Notes: a model not told the origin generated them from the sequence alone. A stretch of DNA of 64,000 nt from Betaproteobacteria bacterium (GCA_900299145.1 OMIN01000098.1:6081-70080); one strand, 5' to 3'. Positions 37,700-48,096 are shown, counted from the first letter of the stretch. Program-made: numbers and translations.

Positions 37700-38854
37700 C
37701 TATTGGCTACCTGCAAGTAATTCCCGCCCGATCAACCACCGCCGAATCTCCGAAGTCCCCGCGCCAATTTCATACAACTTCGCATCCCGCAGCAACCGCC
37801 CCGCTGGCGAATCGTTCATATAGCCCATGCCGCCTAGGCACTGGATGGTTTGCAGCGCGATTTCGGTTGCGCGTTCGGCGGCATACAGAATCGCGCCCGC
37901 CGCGTCGTGGCGGGTGATGTTGCCGGTGTCGCACGCCTGTGCCACGGCATACACATACGCGCGGCAGGCATTCGCCGTGGTGTGCATGTCGGCGAGTTTG
38001 CCCTGCATCAACTGAAACTCGCCGATGGGCTGGCCGAATTGTTTGCGCTCGCGCACGTACGGCAGCGTGATGTCGAGGCACGCCTGCATGATGCCGAGCG
38101 GCCCGCCGGCGAGCACCGCGCGCTCGTAATCGAGGCCGCTCATCAGCACGTTTACACCCTTGCCCACGCCGCCGAGCACATTTTCAACCGGCACTTCGCA
38201 ATCCGTGAACACCAGTTCGCTGGTGTTGGAGCCGCGCATGCCGAGCTTGTCGAGCTTCGGGGAAGCGCTGAAACCTCTGAACGATTTTTCGATGATGAAG
38301 GCGGTGATTCCGCGCGAGCCAGTGTGAATGTCGGTCTTGGCGTAAACCACCAGCGTGTCGGCATCCGGGCCGTTGGTGATCCACATTTTTGTGCCGTTCA
38401 GTACGTAGCGGTCGCCTTTCAGATCGGCGCGCAGCTGCATGCTCACCACGTCCGAACCCGCGCCCGCTTCGCTCATCGCCAGCGCGCCGACGTGTGCGCC
38501 GGAAATGAGTTTCGGCAGGTAACGGCTCTTTTGCGTGCCGTTGCCGTTGCGGTGGATCTGGTTCACGCACAGGTTCGAATGCGCGCCGTACGACAGACCC
38601 ACTGACGCCGAGGCGCGGCTGATTTCTTCCATCGCGATGACGTGTGCGAGGTAACCCATGCCTGCGCCACCGTAGGCGTCCTCGACGGTGATGCCGAGCA
38701 GGCCGAGGTCGCCGAGCTTCGGCCACAGGTCGCGTGGAAAGGAGTTATCGCAGTCTATTGCTGCGGCGCGTGGGGTGATTTGTTGGCGTGAAAAAGCCGC
38801 GACACTGTCGCGCAGCATCGCCAGTTCTTCGCTGAACGGAAACAGAGTATTCAC
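37700..38854 (-). CDS. liuA: isovaleryl-CoA dehydrogenase
   Basis: Collinear with LiuA/IVD (AMLRDSV..., [25 protein letters not shown]). GTG start. Confidence 0.92.
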   Translation of the reverse strand: MNTLFPFSEELAMLRDSVAAFSRQQITPRAAAIDCDNSFPRDLWPKLGDLGLLGITVEDAYGGAGMGYLAHVIAMEEISRASASVGLSYGAHSNLCVNQIHRNGNGTQKSRYLPKLISGAHVGALAMSEAGAGSDVVSMQLRADLKGDRYVLNGTKMWITNGPDADTLVVYAKTDIHTGSRGITAFIIEKSFRGFSASPKLDKLGMRGSNTSELVFTDCEVPVENVLGGVGKGVNVLMSGLDYERAVLAGGPLGIMQACLDITLPYVRERKQFGQPIGEFQLMQGKLADMHTTANACRAYVYAVAQACDTGNITRHDAAGAILYAAERATEIALQTIQCLGGMGYMNDSPAGRLLRDAKLYEIGAGTSEIRRWLIGRELLAGSQ

Positions 38855-38883
38855 AAAAATAACAATAAAAACAGATATTTACG
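38853..38883 (+). repeat. AT-rich dispersed element copy
   Basis: ACAAAAATAACAATAAAAACAGATATTTACG. It abuts the minus-strand ivd start codon. The 3' flank is TATTTTCAAGG. Confidence 0.9.
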
Positions 38884-39096
38884 TATTTTCAAGGCTGGGG
38901 ATTCCACTAACGCGCCGCGACAGGACTGTGACGTAGTTAGCAAGTCCTAACCCATAAACTATTGTGCTTTGCAATATAAGCCAGTATTCTCAAAATTACC
39001 CACGAAAATCAGCCTCAACAGGGATATTACGTCAGCACCGCGTCGCCCGCTGGAGCGCAACTGCTCCCCGCCCATCCCCCATTTCTCCAGAAAGCC

Positions 39097-40182
39097 ATGC
39101 CAGCTGCCACCGCCACAAAGCCCAAGCCCGACACACGCCCGCGTGCGCCCGACCCGCTGCACTACCCGATAGCCGAGCCGCCCGCGCCGGGCACTGCAAC
39201 TGCTGTCGCGCCCGGCGTGTTCTGGCTGCGCATGCCGCTGCCCTTTGTGCTGAACCACATCAACCTTTGGCTGCTGGAAGATGGCGCGGGCTGGACGATA
39301 GTCGATTGTGGCTTCGCTACTGACGAGGCGCGCGGCTGTTGGGAAAAGATTTTCGCCGGGTATCTGAACGGCAAGCCGGTGACGCGCGTCATCGTCACGC
39401 ATTTTCATCCCGATCACATCGGCTTGTGCGACTGGTTGTGCCAGAAATTCGGGGTGATGCCGTGGATCACCAAAGCAGAGTATTCGCAGTCGCACCTGGT
39501 GTTGAATCGCATGGGCGGTATAGAGCCGGAACTGATGCGCGGGCTGATGATGGGGCATGGGCTTGATAGCGAACGCATGAAATGGATCGAAGGGCGTGAA
39601 CATTTGTATCCCGTCGGCGTGCCCTCGCTGCCGCGCGCACACCGTCGCATACGCGAAGGCGAAATCATACGCATCGGTGCGAACGACTGGCGCGTGGTGG
39701 TGGGCCACGGTCACTCGCCGGAGCATGCCAGCCTGTATTGCGAATCCCTGAATCTTTTCATCGCCGGCGACATGCTGCTGCCGCGCATATCCACCAACGT
39801 CAGCGTGTGGCCCGCCGAGCCGGAAGCCGATCCGGTGGGCGATTTTCTGGCTTCGCTCCAGCGCTACGCTGCGCTAGCGCCAGCAGCGGCGAACACGCTG
39901 GTGCTGCCGTCGCACGGGCTGCCGTTTCACGGCCTGCACACGCGCGTCGACGCGTTGCACGCCCATCATCAGGTGCGGCTCGACAGCGTGACTGCCAGGT
40001 GCGCCACGCCGCAACGCGCGGTGGATGTATTGCCGGCGCTGTTCGACCACGATTTCAATGATCATCATCTGGTGTTCGCCATGGGCGAGGCGATTGCGCA
40101 CCTGAATTACCTGATGCATCGCGGCACCTTGCGCCGCGAGCTGGACGGCAGCGGGCACTACCGGTTTCAACGCGTTATTTGA
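39097..40182 (+). CDS. MBL-fold metallo-hydrolase
   Basis: VTHFHPDHIG (HxHxDH) motif. Confidence 0.85.
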   Translation: MPAATATKPKPDTRPRAPDPLHYPIAEPPAPGTATAVAPGVFWLRMPLPFVLNHINLWLLEDGAGWTIVDCGFATDEARGCWEKIFAGYLNGKPVTRVIVTHFHPDHIGLCDWLCQKFGVMPWITKAEYSQSHLVLNRMGGIEPELMRGLMMGHGLDSERMKWIEGREHLYPVGVPSLPRAHRRIREGEIIRIGANDWRVVVGHGHSPEHASLYCESLNLFIAGDMLLPRISTNVSVWPAEPEADPVGDFLASLQRYAALAPAAANTLVLPSHGLPFHGLHTRVDALHAHHQVRLDSVTARCATPQRAVDVLPALFDHDFNDHHLVFAMGEAIAHLNYLMHRGTLRRELDGSGHYRFQRVI

Positions 40183-42020
40183 ATCTGAGGATGGGTATGT
40201 CTACGCAGCACACAAAAACCTTCGATCCCGCCGAAATGATTCGGTTGTATGCCGGCATTTCGCGCAAAAGCCGAGAACTGCTGCGGCACTCACTGCAGCG
40301 CAAGGCGCATGGCGCCGGTACGCCGCGCGCATTCAGCGACGAATTCGGCGTGCAGCGCGCGTTTCGCGATGCGTGGCTGCTGATGGCGAGCAACCCGATG
40401 CGGCTGGCGCAGACACAAATGCAGGTGTGGCGGGATTACGCCGCGCTGTGGAAAAATTCGCTTTTCGATATCAGTGGCGTGAAATTAACGCCCGTGGCCG
40501 AAGCGCCGCGCGGCGACCGGCGTTTTCGCCATGAAGATTGGCAAAACCGCTTCGTATTTGACTACCTGAAGCAGTCGTACCTGATCGCCGCGCGGCACAT
40601 TTATCAGGCGATGAGCGGCGTGAAGGGTATTGATGAAACCCAGGCGAAGAAGGTCGATTTCTACACGCGGCAATTTATCGACGCGCTGTCGCCGTCAAAC
40701 TTTGCGCTGACCAATCCGGAAGTGCTCAAAGAAACGTTTCGCAGCGGCGGCAAGAATCTGCTCAAGGGGTTCAATAACCTGCTCGACGATCTGGCGCGCG
40801 GCGAAGGTGAAAAGCTGCGTGTGAAAATGGTCGACGACAGCGCTTTCCGGCTGGGTGAAAATATTGCCACCACGCCGGGCAAGGTCGTGTTTCAAAACGA
40901 CCTTATTCAGTTGATCCAGTACGCGCCTTTGACCAAGACGGTGTACCAGCGGCCCCTGCTGATTATTCCGCCGTGGATCAACAAGTACTACATCTTTGAC
41001 ATGCGCGAGGACAACTCCTTCGTGCGCTGGGCTACGGCGCAAGGACACACCGTGTTCATAGTCTCGTGGATCAATCCCGACGAGCGGCACGCCGGCAAAA
41101 CCTTCGAGGCGTATATCAACGAAGGTACGCTGGCGGCGATCGATGCGGCCTTGCAGGCGGTGGGCGCGAAGGACCTGAATCTGTTTGCATTTTGCCTTGG
41201 CGGCACGCTGGCGGCGGCCACGCTGGGCTATCTGGCGGCCGCGAATTCAAAACAGGTGGCGAGCGCGACGTTCGTGGCGACACTGATTGATTTCAATCAG
41301 GCGGGCGAGTTGCAGGTGTTCATTGACGAGCAGCAGGTTGCCGCACTCGAAAAGCGCATGAACCGGCGCGGCTATCTTGAAGGCTCGGAGATGGCCACCA
41401 CCTTCAACATGCTGCGCGCCAACGATCTCATCTGGTCGTTCGTGGTGAACAATTATCTGTTGGGCCGCGACCCCATGCCGTTCGATCTGCTTTACTGGAA
41501 CGCCGACTCCACGCGCATGCCTGCGGCCATGCATAGTTTTTATCTGCGCAATATGTATTTGAAGAACCTGCTGCGCGAGCCGGAGGGTCTCGTGTTTAAC
41601 GGCAAGCCGATTGATCTGTCCAAGGTGAAAACACCCGTCTACAGCGTGTCCACTGTTGAGGACCACATCGCGCCCTGGAAAACCGTTTATTCGGGCGCCA
41701 CGGTATTTACCAGTCCGCTGCGTTTCGTGCTCGGCGGGTCGGGGCACATCGCCGGCACGGTCAATCCGCCCGCGGCGGGCAAGTATGGCTACTGGACGAA
41801 TGAAGCGTCCGACGCCGCGTCAAACATTACTGCCGATGAGTGGTTCGCCAGCGCGACGCAACACACGGGCTCATGGTGGAGCGACTGGCAGCAGTGGGTG
41901 CATCGATACGGCGGCGGTAAAGTGCCCGCCCGCGTGCCCGGCAAAGGAAAACTCAAAGTGCTGGAAGACGCGCCGGGGTCGTACGTGCGCGTGCGGCTGC
42001 CCGGCACTGTGGCGGGGTAG
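40179..42020 (+). CDS. phaC: class I poly(R)-hydroxyalkanoate synthase
   Basis: ~600 aa with the lipase-like box FCLGG and the conserved PhaC N-terminal region. The exact start is ambiguous (40179, 40191 or 40197). Confidence 0.9.
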   Translation: MNLRMGMSTQHTKTFDPAEMIRLYAGISRKSRELLRHSLQRKAHGAGTPRAFSDEFGVQRAFRDAWLLMASNPMRLAQTQMQVWRDYAALWKNSLFDISGVKLTPVAEAPRGDRRFRHEDWQNRFVFDYLKQSYLIAARHIYQAMSGVKGIDETQAKKVDFYTRQFIDALSPSNFALTNPEVLKETFRSGGKNLLKGFNNLLDDLARGEGEKLRVKMVDDSAFRLGENIATTPGKVVFQNDLIQLIQYAPLTKTVYQRPLLIIPPWINKYYIFDMREDNSFVRWATAQGHTVFIVSWINPDERHAGKTFEAYINEGTLAAIDAALQAVGAKDLNLFAFCLGGTLAAATLGYLAAANSKQVASATFVATLIDFNQAGELQVFIDEQQVAALEKRMNRRGYLEGSEMATTFNMLRANDLIWSFVVNNYLLGRDPMPFDLLYWNADSTRMPAAMHSFYLRNMYLKNLLREPEGLVFNGKPIDLSKVKTPVYSVSTVEDHIAPWKTVYSGATVFTSPLRFVLGGSGHIAGTVNPPAAGKYGYWTNEASDAASNITADEWFASATQHTGSWWSDWQQWVHRYGGGKVPARVPGKGKLKVLEDAPGSYVRVRLPGTVAG

Positions 42021-42056
42021 CTGCAATATGCGGGGGTCTGCCCCGCATCATCGAGG

Positions 42057-42731
42057 CTAGGCCTCGGCCTTCTCGCCCTTTTTCACCAGCGGCCAATCCG
42101 GCCGGTCAATGGCGAAGGCTTCGGTGACCACCGCGTAATCCATGTAGCCCAGCCGAGCCACGGGTTTTGCGCGGGCGGTGTCGAAGCGGCCATTGACAAT
42201 AAACGCATCGTCGATGTGCATGGCGACGACGTGGCCGATCACCATCACGTTTTTCTTGCCGGTGCGCGGGTCCACCGGCAGTTCCAGAAACTGGTGCAGC
42301 TTGCACTCCAGATGCGCGGGCGAGGCCGCCACGCGCGGCGGTTTCACCAGCCTTGAGGGGATGTGCTCGATGCCGGCCGCCTGCATTTCGTTCACGCCAC
42401 GCGGCGCGGGAGCTGAGGTGTCGTTCATCGCGTGGCGCAAATCCCACGTCACCAGATTGCACACGAATTCGCCGGTCTCGCGCACGTTGCGCAGCGAATC
42501 CTTTTCACCGCCGTCGGCGTCGTGCGTGCCGTTTGCCCCGTAAAACACCATGGGTGGGTCGGTCGATACCGCATTAAAAAACGAATAGGGTGCAAGATTA
42601 ACCACGCCGCTGCTGCTTATCGTGGTCACCCAGCCGATGGGGCGCGGGGCGACTATCGCCTTGAAAGGGTTGAACGACAGGCCGAGCGCTTTCAGCTTCT
42701 CGCGATTCAGGTCTTTGGTTTCACAGAACAT
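42057..42731 (-). CDS. flavin reductase-like (FMN-binding split-barrel) protein
   Basis: PRPIGWVTT...NLAPYSFFN pattern of the flavin reductase-like domain. Confidence 0.75.
   Translation of the reverse strand: MFCETKDLNREKLKALGLSFNPFKAIVAPRPIGWVTTISSSGVVNLAPYSFFNAVSTDPPMVFYGANGTHDADGGEKDSLRNVRETGEFVCNLVTWDLRHAMNDTSAPAPRGVNEMQAAGIEHIPSRLVKPPRVAASPAHLECKLHQFLELPVDPRTGKKNVMVIGHVVAMHIDDAFIVNGRFDTARAKPVARLGYMDYAVVTEAFAIDRPDWPLVKKGEKAEA
42572..42590 (+). repeat. possible degenerate copy of the AT-rich element (inside flavin reductase gene)
   Basis: CATTAAAAAACGAATAGGG compared with CATTAAAACAAATAGTTA. It has one inserted base and lacks the TTAY end. Confidence 0.3.
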
Positions 42732-42775
42732 GGTGGGACCTCGTGGATGTGTAAATAGAGGAGAAGGGGAAAACG

Positions 42776-43642
42776 CTATCGCGGCAAGCCGGGGTAAAAC
42801 TCAAGCGCCGTCTTGCCGAATATCCACGCCTGATCATCGGCGGATAAATGCGCCAGTGCCTTTTTGGATTCTTCCAGCCGCGGTTTGATGCCGCCGAATT
42901 TCGGGTGCGCCGGGTAGTTGGAACTCCACATGATCCGCTTCGCGCCGAAGACTTCGAGCAGCTTGTCGTAAAGCTGCTGCGGCGTGCCGCCGCCATCGCG
43001 CGCGGCGGCAATGTTGTTGATCGCGGTCTTGATGAAGACATTGGGGTTTTTCGCCAGCGCAAATAGCGGCTGGATTGCGTCGTAATGGGGAGGCGCGCCG
43101 ACCTTGTGGCCCCATGAGTGTTCGAACGCCACGCGCACGCCGGGATGCTTCTCCATCATCGGCACGATTTTGTGTATCTCATTGACGCGCTCGTTAATCG
43201 CCAGCGGCATTTTCAGCTTCTCGATTTTGGCCCACAGTGCAAAGGTCTCCGGCCTGCCGAGCGAGCTTTCCGGCAGCCGCCCGCGCATGAAGCGGATGCC
43301 CTTGACGTTTTGTTTGGTGACCTGTTCTTCAAGGATATCAGGCGACTTCGGATCCATCGGGTCGAGCACGACCACTGCGGCGAAACGCTTTGAATATTTC
43401 AAGCAAGTATCAATACAGTAGCGGTTGTCGTATTCGTAGACGAAATACGCCTGCACGAGCGTGGCAATGTCCACGCCCGCGTCGTCCATCATCGTGGCGA
43501 GCATCTCGGTGGTGGTCAGTGGCCATTCGGTCTGGCCGATCTCGGTAATCGACGGTATCGACCCGGCGCGCGCGGTGTCGCGGATCTGCGGATAGGTTTT
43601 GCGGTCGTCGGTGAAAACGTGTACGTGGGTGTCTACGATCAT
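42776..43642 (-). CDS. amidohydrolase-2 family metal-dependent hydrolase
   Basis: Starts MIVDTHVHVF. The ATG at 43642 is preferred, and the 96-aa upstream extension of the ORF is discarded. Confidence 0.8.
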   Translation of the reverse strand: MIVDTHVHVFTDDRKTYPQIRDTARAGSIPSITEIGQTEWPLTTTEMLATMMDDAGVDIATLVQAYFVYEYDNRYCIDTCLKYSKRFAAVVVLDPMDPKSPDILEEQVTKQNVKGIRFMRGRLPESSLGRPETFALWAKIEKLKMPLAINERVNEIHKIVPMMEKHPGVRVAFEHSWGHKVGAPPHYDAIQPLFALAKNPNVFIKTAINNIAAARDGGGTPQQLYDKLLEVFGAKRIMWSSNYPAHPKFGGIKPRLEESKKALAHLSADDQAWIFGKTALEFYPGLPR

Positions 43643-43787
43643 GATGGCGCGGCGTACAGCTTGATGGAAAACACCAAACATACCACAGAGAAAGTGCCGG
43701 GACGGGGTTTCGTGCCGTGGCTGCAACCGCTGGAGGGGACCAGCGGCCAGCTTGCCGCAATGCGCGAAATGGGCTGATAATGCGCTT

Positions 43788-44168
43788 ATGTTCCCTCGCC
43801 GCCGCCAAAAACTGTCCGCGCTGATTGCCTTGTGTGCGGTGTTGTTTGCCGCGCTGCTGCCCGCTTCTGCGGCGCTCGCGCGTGCCACGGTATTGGCCGA
43901 TGACGCGCGGGTCATGGGCGTGATTTGCACTACGCATGACGCTACTTCGCCATCGCCGTCCGGGCCTTCCGTACCGTTGGCAGCGCATGAACATTGCGCG
44001 TTGTGCGTTCTTGCTGGTTCCGCCGCGGTGGCGCCGGGTACGGCATCGTCGACGGTGTTGGTTGCCGCCGGCGCTGCGCCGCCGCCGCTCCTGGCGGCCA
44101 GCGCGCCGCTGCGCGAAAACAGCGCACTTCATCCGCTGGTTCCGCGCGGGCCTCCGCGCTTCATTTAA
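43788..44168 (+). CDS. DUF2946 family protein
   Basis: Signal/TM segment, HEHCALC motif and a C-terminal PRGPP. It sits immediately upstream of the PCuAC and TonB-receptor genes. Confidence 0.7.
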   Translation: MFPRRRQKLSALIALCAVLFAALLPASAALARATVLADDARVMGVICTTHDATSPSPSGPSVPLAAHEHCALCVLAGSAAVAPGTASSTVLVAAGAAPPPLLAASAPLRENSALHPLVPRGPPRFI

Positions 44169-44227
44169 TCCTTTGCGTTTTGTGGGCCGCGCTTTTGCGC
44201 GGCATCATCGCCACGCGGCGGTGTATT

Positions 44228-44254
44228 GTAACTATTTGTTTTTAAAGGATTATT
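44228..44254 (-). repeat. AT-rich dispersed element copy
   Basis: Minus-strand reading is AATAATCCTTTAAAAACAAATAGTTAC. It ends at the PCuAC start codon. Confidence 0.9.
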
Positions 44255-44728
44255 ATGAAAAGAATCACAGGAGGTTCCCTGCTCGCAGGCTGGCTGATGT
44301 TGGGCGCCGCACATGCGCAGAGTGTGGAGGTGAAAGACGCGTGGATACGCGGCACGGTGCCAGCACAAAAAGTCACCGGTGCGTTCATGGAAATCACCGG
44401 CAAGAGTTCGGTGCGGCTGGTGGGTGCGGCGAGTCCGGCGGCGGGCACGGTGGAAATTCACAATATGACCCTGACCAACGGCGTGATGAAAATGTTCGCG
44501 GTCGATGGGATAGACGTGCAGGCCGGCAAGACGCTCAAGCTCGCGCCCGGTGGCTATCACGTGATGCTGATCGGTTTGAAGCAGCAGATGAAACCCGGCG
44601 ACAAAGTGCCGCTGGATTTGCTGTTGGAGTCCGCCGACAAGAAGCGCGAAACGGTCAGTCTGCAGGTGGAGGTGCGCGACCTTACTACCAGCGCGGGCAG
44701 TGCGGGCAGCCGCGCCAGTCAGCACTAG
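44255..44728 (+). CDS. periplasmic copper chaperone PCu(A)C (DUF461)
   Basis: Signal peptide, then IHNMT...M and GGYHVML copper-ligand motifs. Confidence 0.88.
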   Translation: MKRITGGSLLAGWLMLGAAHAQSVEVKDAWIRGTVPAQKVTGAFMEITGKSSVRLVGAASPAAGTVEIHNMTLTNGVMKMFAVDGIDVQAGKTLKLAPGGYHVMLIGLKQQMKPGDKVPLDLLLESADKKRETVSLQVEVRDLTTSAGSAGSRASQH

Positions 44729-44737
44729 GAGACTGCC

Positions 44738-46885
44738 ATGGAGATGGAATTCGCGCGCGCCCGCGCGGGCGCGGGCTTGTCATGGCTATGGGTTGCCGGT
44801 GCGTGTGCTTGCGTTTGCGGCGCAGCCTCGGCGCAAGTGGCGACGCTGCCGCCGGTCACCGTAACCGGTACGCGCGAGCGCGCGCCGCTCAGCGAAACGC
44901 CGGCGGCGGTGGGTGCGATCAGCGGCGAGTCGGTGGCGCAGGATCGCCCAAACCATCCGTCACAAATCATGGGGCAGATTCCCGGCGTAGCGGTGGCGGT
45001 GACCAACGGCGAGGGGCACACCACGGCGATACGCCATCCCTTTACCACCAACCCGGTGTATCTCTTTCTCGAAGACGGCATACCGGTGCGCTCCACCGGA
45101 TTTTTCAATCACAACGCGCTGTATGAAATTAATCTGCCGCAGGCGGGCGGCGTTGAAGTCATACGCGGACCGGGCACGGCCCTGTACGGCTCGGACGCCA
45201 TCGGCGGCGTGATTAACGTGCTGACGCGCACGCCACCCAAACAGGGTGAGTTCACGGTGGGCGGCGACATCGGCGGCCATGGCTGGGCGCGCATGCTGTT
45301 GAGTGGCGGCAACACCATCGGCGACAATGCCTGGCGCGCGGATGTCAGTGTGACACACACTGACGGCTGGCGGGATGCCACGAAATACGACCGGCAAAGC
45401 GCCACGCTGCGCTGGGATCGCGCCATTGGCGACAACGCCATGCTGAAAACTGTGCTGTCGTATTCCAACATCGACCAGCAGACGGGCGCGAATTCGCCGC
45501 TAACGCTCGCCGATTACAGCAACAATCCCACGCGCAACTACCTGCCGATAGCTTATCGCAAGGTCGAGGCGTTCCGGTTGTCTACCAGTTATGAGCGGCA
45601 GTGGGGCGATACGCTGCTGTCGGTCACGCCCTATATGCGCGACAACCGCATGGAACTGCTGGCCTCGTTCACGCTGAACTTTGATCCGACGGTGTCGCTG
45701 TCGGAAAACCGTTCGTACGGCGTATTGGCGAAATGGCGGCGCGATTTTCCGTCGTTCATGCGCGCGCGGTTGATCGTGGGTGCAGACGTGGATGTCAGTC
45801 CCGGCGGGCGAACCGAAGACAGTCTTAACGTCAGCGTGACGGGGGCTGCGCCTGCGCGCGTGTTCAACTCGTACACGTTTGCCCGGCGTGTGTACGACTA
45901 CGATGTCACGTTCAAGGGCGTGTCGCCCTATTTGCATGGCGAGATTTCGCCCACCGAACGTTTGCGCGTCACCGGCGGGTTGCGTTTCGACCATCTGTCG
46001 TATGCGTTCGACAACCGGCTCGCCGGTGCGCCGCTGCTGGTGCCCGCAGGCGTGACGTTTCCCGGTGCACGCTTCTACGGTCAGGCCAACAGCACCGACG
46101 TGACGTTCCGCCACGTAAGTCCCAAGCTCGGCGCGACCTTTGCGTTGGCCAAGGAGATGCACGCGTTTGCGGGATACACGCATGGCTTTCGCGCGCCGTC
46201 GGAAGGCAATCTGTTCCGGCCCGCCTCAGGCGCGACAGCAGCAGCGGCGGTGGCTTCCGCGGCGACTTCGGTGGCGTTAAAGCCGATCAAGGCCGATCAG
46301 CTTGAAGTTGGATTGCGCGGCAGCGCGGGTGCGGTCAGCTACGATCTGGTGCTCTACGACTTGGCCAAGCGCGACGACATTGTGTCGCAGCGCGATCCGG
46401 TCACCACGTTCACGACCACGGTCAACGCCGGAAAGACGCGCCATCGCGGCGTTGAGTTGGGTGCGGGCCTGCCTATCGCAGGGGCGTGGCGCGTGGATGC
46501 CGCGCTGTCGTACGCCAAACACACGTACGAAGACTGGGTGACCAACCTCGGCAACTTCAGCGGCAGGGAAATCGAAGCCGCGCCGCGCGTGATGACCACC
46601 ACGCGCCTGTCCTGGCAGCCGCAAAAAAATGCGCGGGCGCAGGTCGAGTGGGTGAAGCTCGGCAGCTACTGGCTCGACGCGGCCAATACGCAGAAATACG
46701 GCGGGCACGACTTGTTTAATTTGCGGGTGAACTGGCCGCTGGGCAAGGACATTTCTGTCAACAGCCATCTGAACAACGTGGCGAACCGGCGTTACGCGGA
46801 CAGCGCGCAGTTGTCGAGCGGGGTGCCGGTGCTTTCGCCGGGCTTGCCGCGCACGTTGTACGTTGGCATGGAGGCGAAGTGGTGA
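44738..46885 (+). CDS. TonB-dependent outer-membrane receptor (copper-cluster associated)
   Basis: Plug and 22-strand barrel pattern, a TonB-box-like TLPPVTVTG, and a terminal aromatic ...GMEAKW. Confidence 0.88.
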   Translation: MEMEFARARAGAGLSWLWVAGACACVCGAASAQVATLPPVTVTGTRERAPLSETPAAVGAISGESVAQDRPNHPSQIMGQIPGVAVAVTNGEGHTTAIRHPFTTNPVYLFLEDGIPVRSTGFFNHNALYEINLPQAGGVEVIRGPGTALYGSDAIGGVINVLTRTPPKQGEFTVGGDIGGHGWARMLLSGGNTIGDNAWRADVSVTHTDGWRDATKYDRQSATLRWDRAIGDNAMLKTVLSYSNIDQQTGANSPLTLADYSNNPTRNYLPIAYRKVEAFRLSTSYERQWGDTLLSVTPYMRDNRMELLASFTLNFDPTVSLSENRSYGVLAKWRRDFPSFMRARLIVGADVDVSPGGRTEDSLNVSVTGAAPARVFNSYTFARRVYDYDVTFKGVSPYLHGEISPTERLRVTGGLRFDHLSYAFDNRLAGAPLLVPAGVTFPGARFYGQANSTDVTFRHVSPKLGATFALAKEMHAFAGYTHGFRAPSEGNLFRPASGATAAAAVASAATSVALKPIKADQLEVGLRGSAGAVSYDLVLYDLAKRDDIVSQRDPVTTFTTTVNAGKTRHRGVELGAGLPIAGAWRVDAALSYAKHTYEDWVTNLGNFSGREIEAAPRVMTTTRLSWQPQKNARAQVEWVKLGSYWLDAANTQKYGGHDLFNLRVNWPLGKDISVNSHLNNVANRRYADSAQLSSGVPVLSPGLPRTLYVGMEAKW

Positions 46886-48096
46886 TGCGGCTGCTGTCAG
46901 TGCTGGGTTTGCTGCTGTGCGCCTGCGCGCACGCGCAGCACACCGGCCACGCGCAATCTTCGGGGCCGGCGCGGGTGGAGCTGGCCTCGTCGGCAACCTT
47001 CGATGCCCAGGGTGTGTTGTGGGCGGTACACAAGATCGGCGGCCATGTGATGCTGCGCCGCTCGGCTGATGCCGGAAAAAGCTGGTCGGCGCCCAAACCC
47101 GTCAACGCCGCGCCCGAAGGCATAGGCGCCGAGGGCGATGCGCGGCCGAAAATCGCGGCGGGCACGCGCGGTGAACTCTATGTCACGTGGACGAAGCCTC
47201 TGGCGAAACCGTATACCGGTGAGATCCGTTTCGCGCGTTCGCTGGATGGCGGCGCGAGTTTCAGTGTGCCAATAACGGTGCACGCCGACCGGCAGGAAAT
47301 CACCCATCGCTTCGACGCGCTGACGGTGACGCGCGACGGCAAGCTGTTTGTCGCGTGGATCGACAAGCGCGACATGGACGCTGCCGGTAAGGAGGGTAAG
47401 TATCGGGGCGCAGCGGTGTACTTCGCGGTGTCGGACGACCGCGGCGCGAGCTTTCGCGGTGACTACAAGCTTGCTGATTACAGTTGCGAGTGTTGCCGTA
47501 TCGGCCTGCTGCCGCGCGACGATGGCAGCGTGCTGGCGCTGTGGCGGCATGTGTTCGAGCCGAACGTGCGCGATCACGCGCTGGGCGTGATGTACGCTGA
47601 TGGCCGCGCGGGCACAGTGTGGCGCGCGACGTTTGATGAATGGGCTGTCGACATCTGCCCGCATCACGGCCCGTCACTCGCAGCGGATGAGCGCGGCCGA
47701 TTGCACGCGGTGTGGTTTACGCAAGGCGCCAAACGCAGTGGCGTGTTTTATGGCCGCTTACGTATGAACGGCCAGAGCGGTGAGCCGGGTGTCGATGGCT
47801 TGCGGCCCGTCGGCGACGACACGGCAGCGCACGCCGATGTAGCGGTTAGCGGTAGTACCGTGGTGGTGGCGTGGAAGGCGTTCGACGGCACGCGTTCGCG
47901 GCTGCGCGCGATGGTGTCCGCCGATGGTGGCAACACCTGGCGCGAGCGTGATTTGCGCACCACCAGCGGTGCTTCCGATCAGCCGCGCATGCTGCGGCAT
48001 GGCGCGCGCCTCTTCGCGTTCTGGCATACACAACTGGAGGGCTTTACAGTAACACCGGTAACACCCGTAACGCCCTTGACAACGGTGATGCCATGA
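46879..48096 (+). CDS. BNR/Asp-box repeat (sialidase-fold) protein
   Basis: Four Asp-boxes: SADAGKSW, SLDGGASF, SDDRGASF and SADGGNTW. Confidence 0.8.
   Translation: MVMRLLSVLGLLLCACAHAQHTGHAQSSGPARVELASSATFDAQGVLWAVHKIGGHVMLRRSADAGKSWSAPKPVNAAPEGIGAEGDARPKIAAGTRGELYVTWTKPLAKPYTGEIRFARSLDGGASFSVPITVHADRQEITHRFDALTVTRDGKLFVAWIDKRDMDAAGKEGKYRGAAVYFAVSDDRGASFRGDYKLADYSCECCRIGLLPRDDGSVLALWRHVFEPNVRDHALGVMYADGRAGTVWRATFDEWAVDICPHHGPSLAADERGRLHAVWFTQGAKRSGVFYGRLRMNGQSGEPGVDGLRPVGDDTAAHADVAVSGSTVVVAWKAFDGTRSRLRAMVSADGGNTWRERDLRTTSGASDQPRMLRHGARLFAFWHTQLEGFTVTPVTPVTPLTTVMP

Noticed and set aside
43936-45126. 396-aa ORF overlapping the DUF2946, PCuAC and TonB-receptor genes
   Set aside because: It is an out-of-frame, Arg/Gly-rich read-through of three genes that each have clear family motifs. 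No domain is recognisable.
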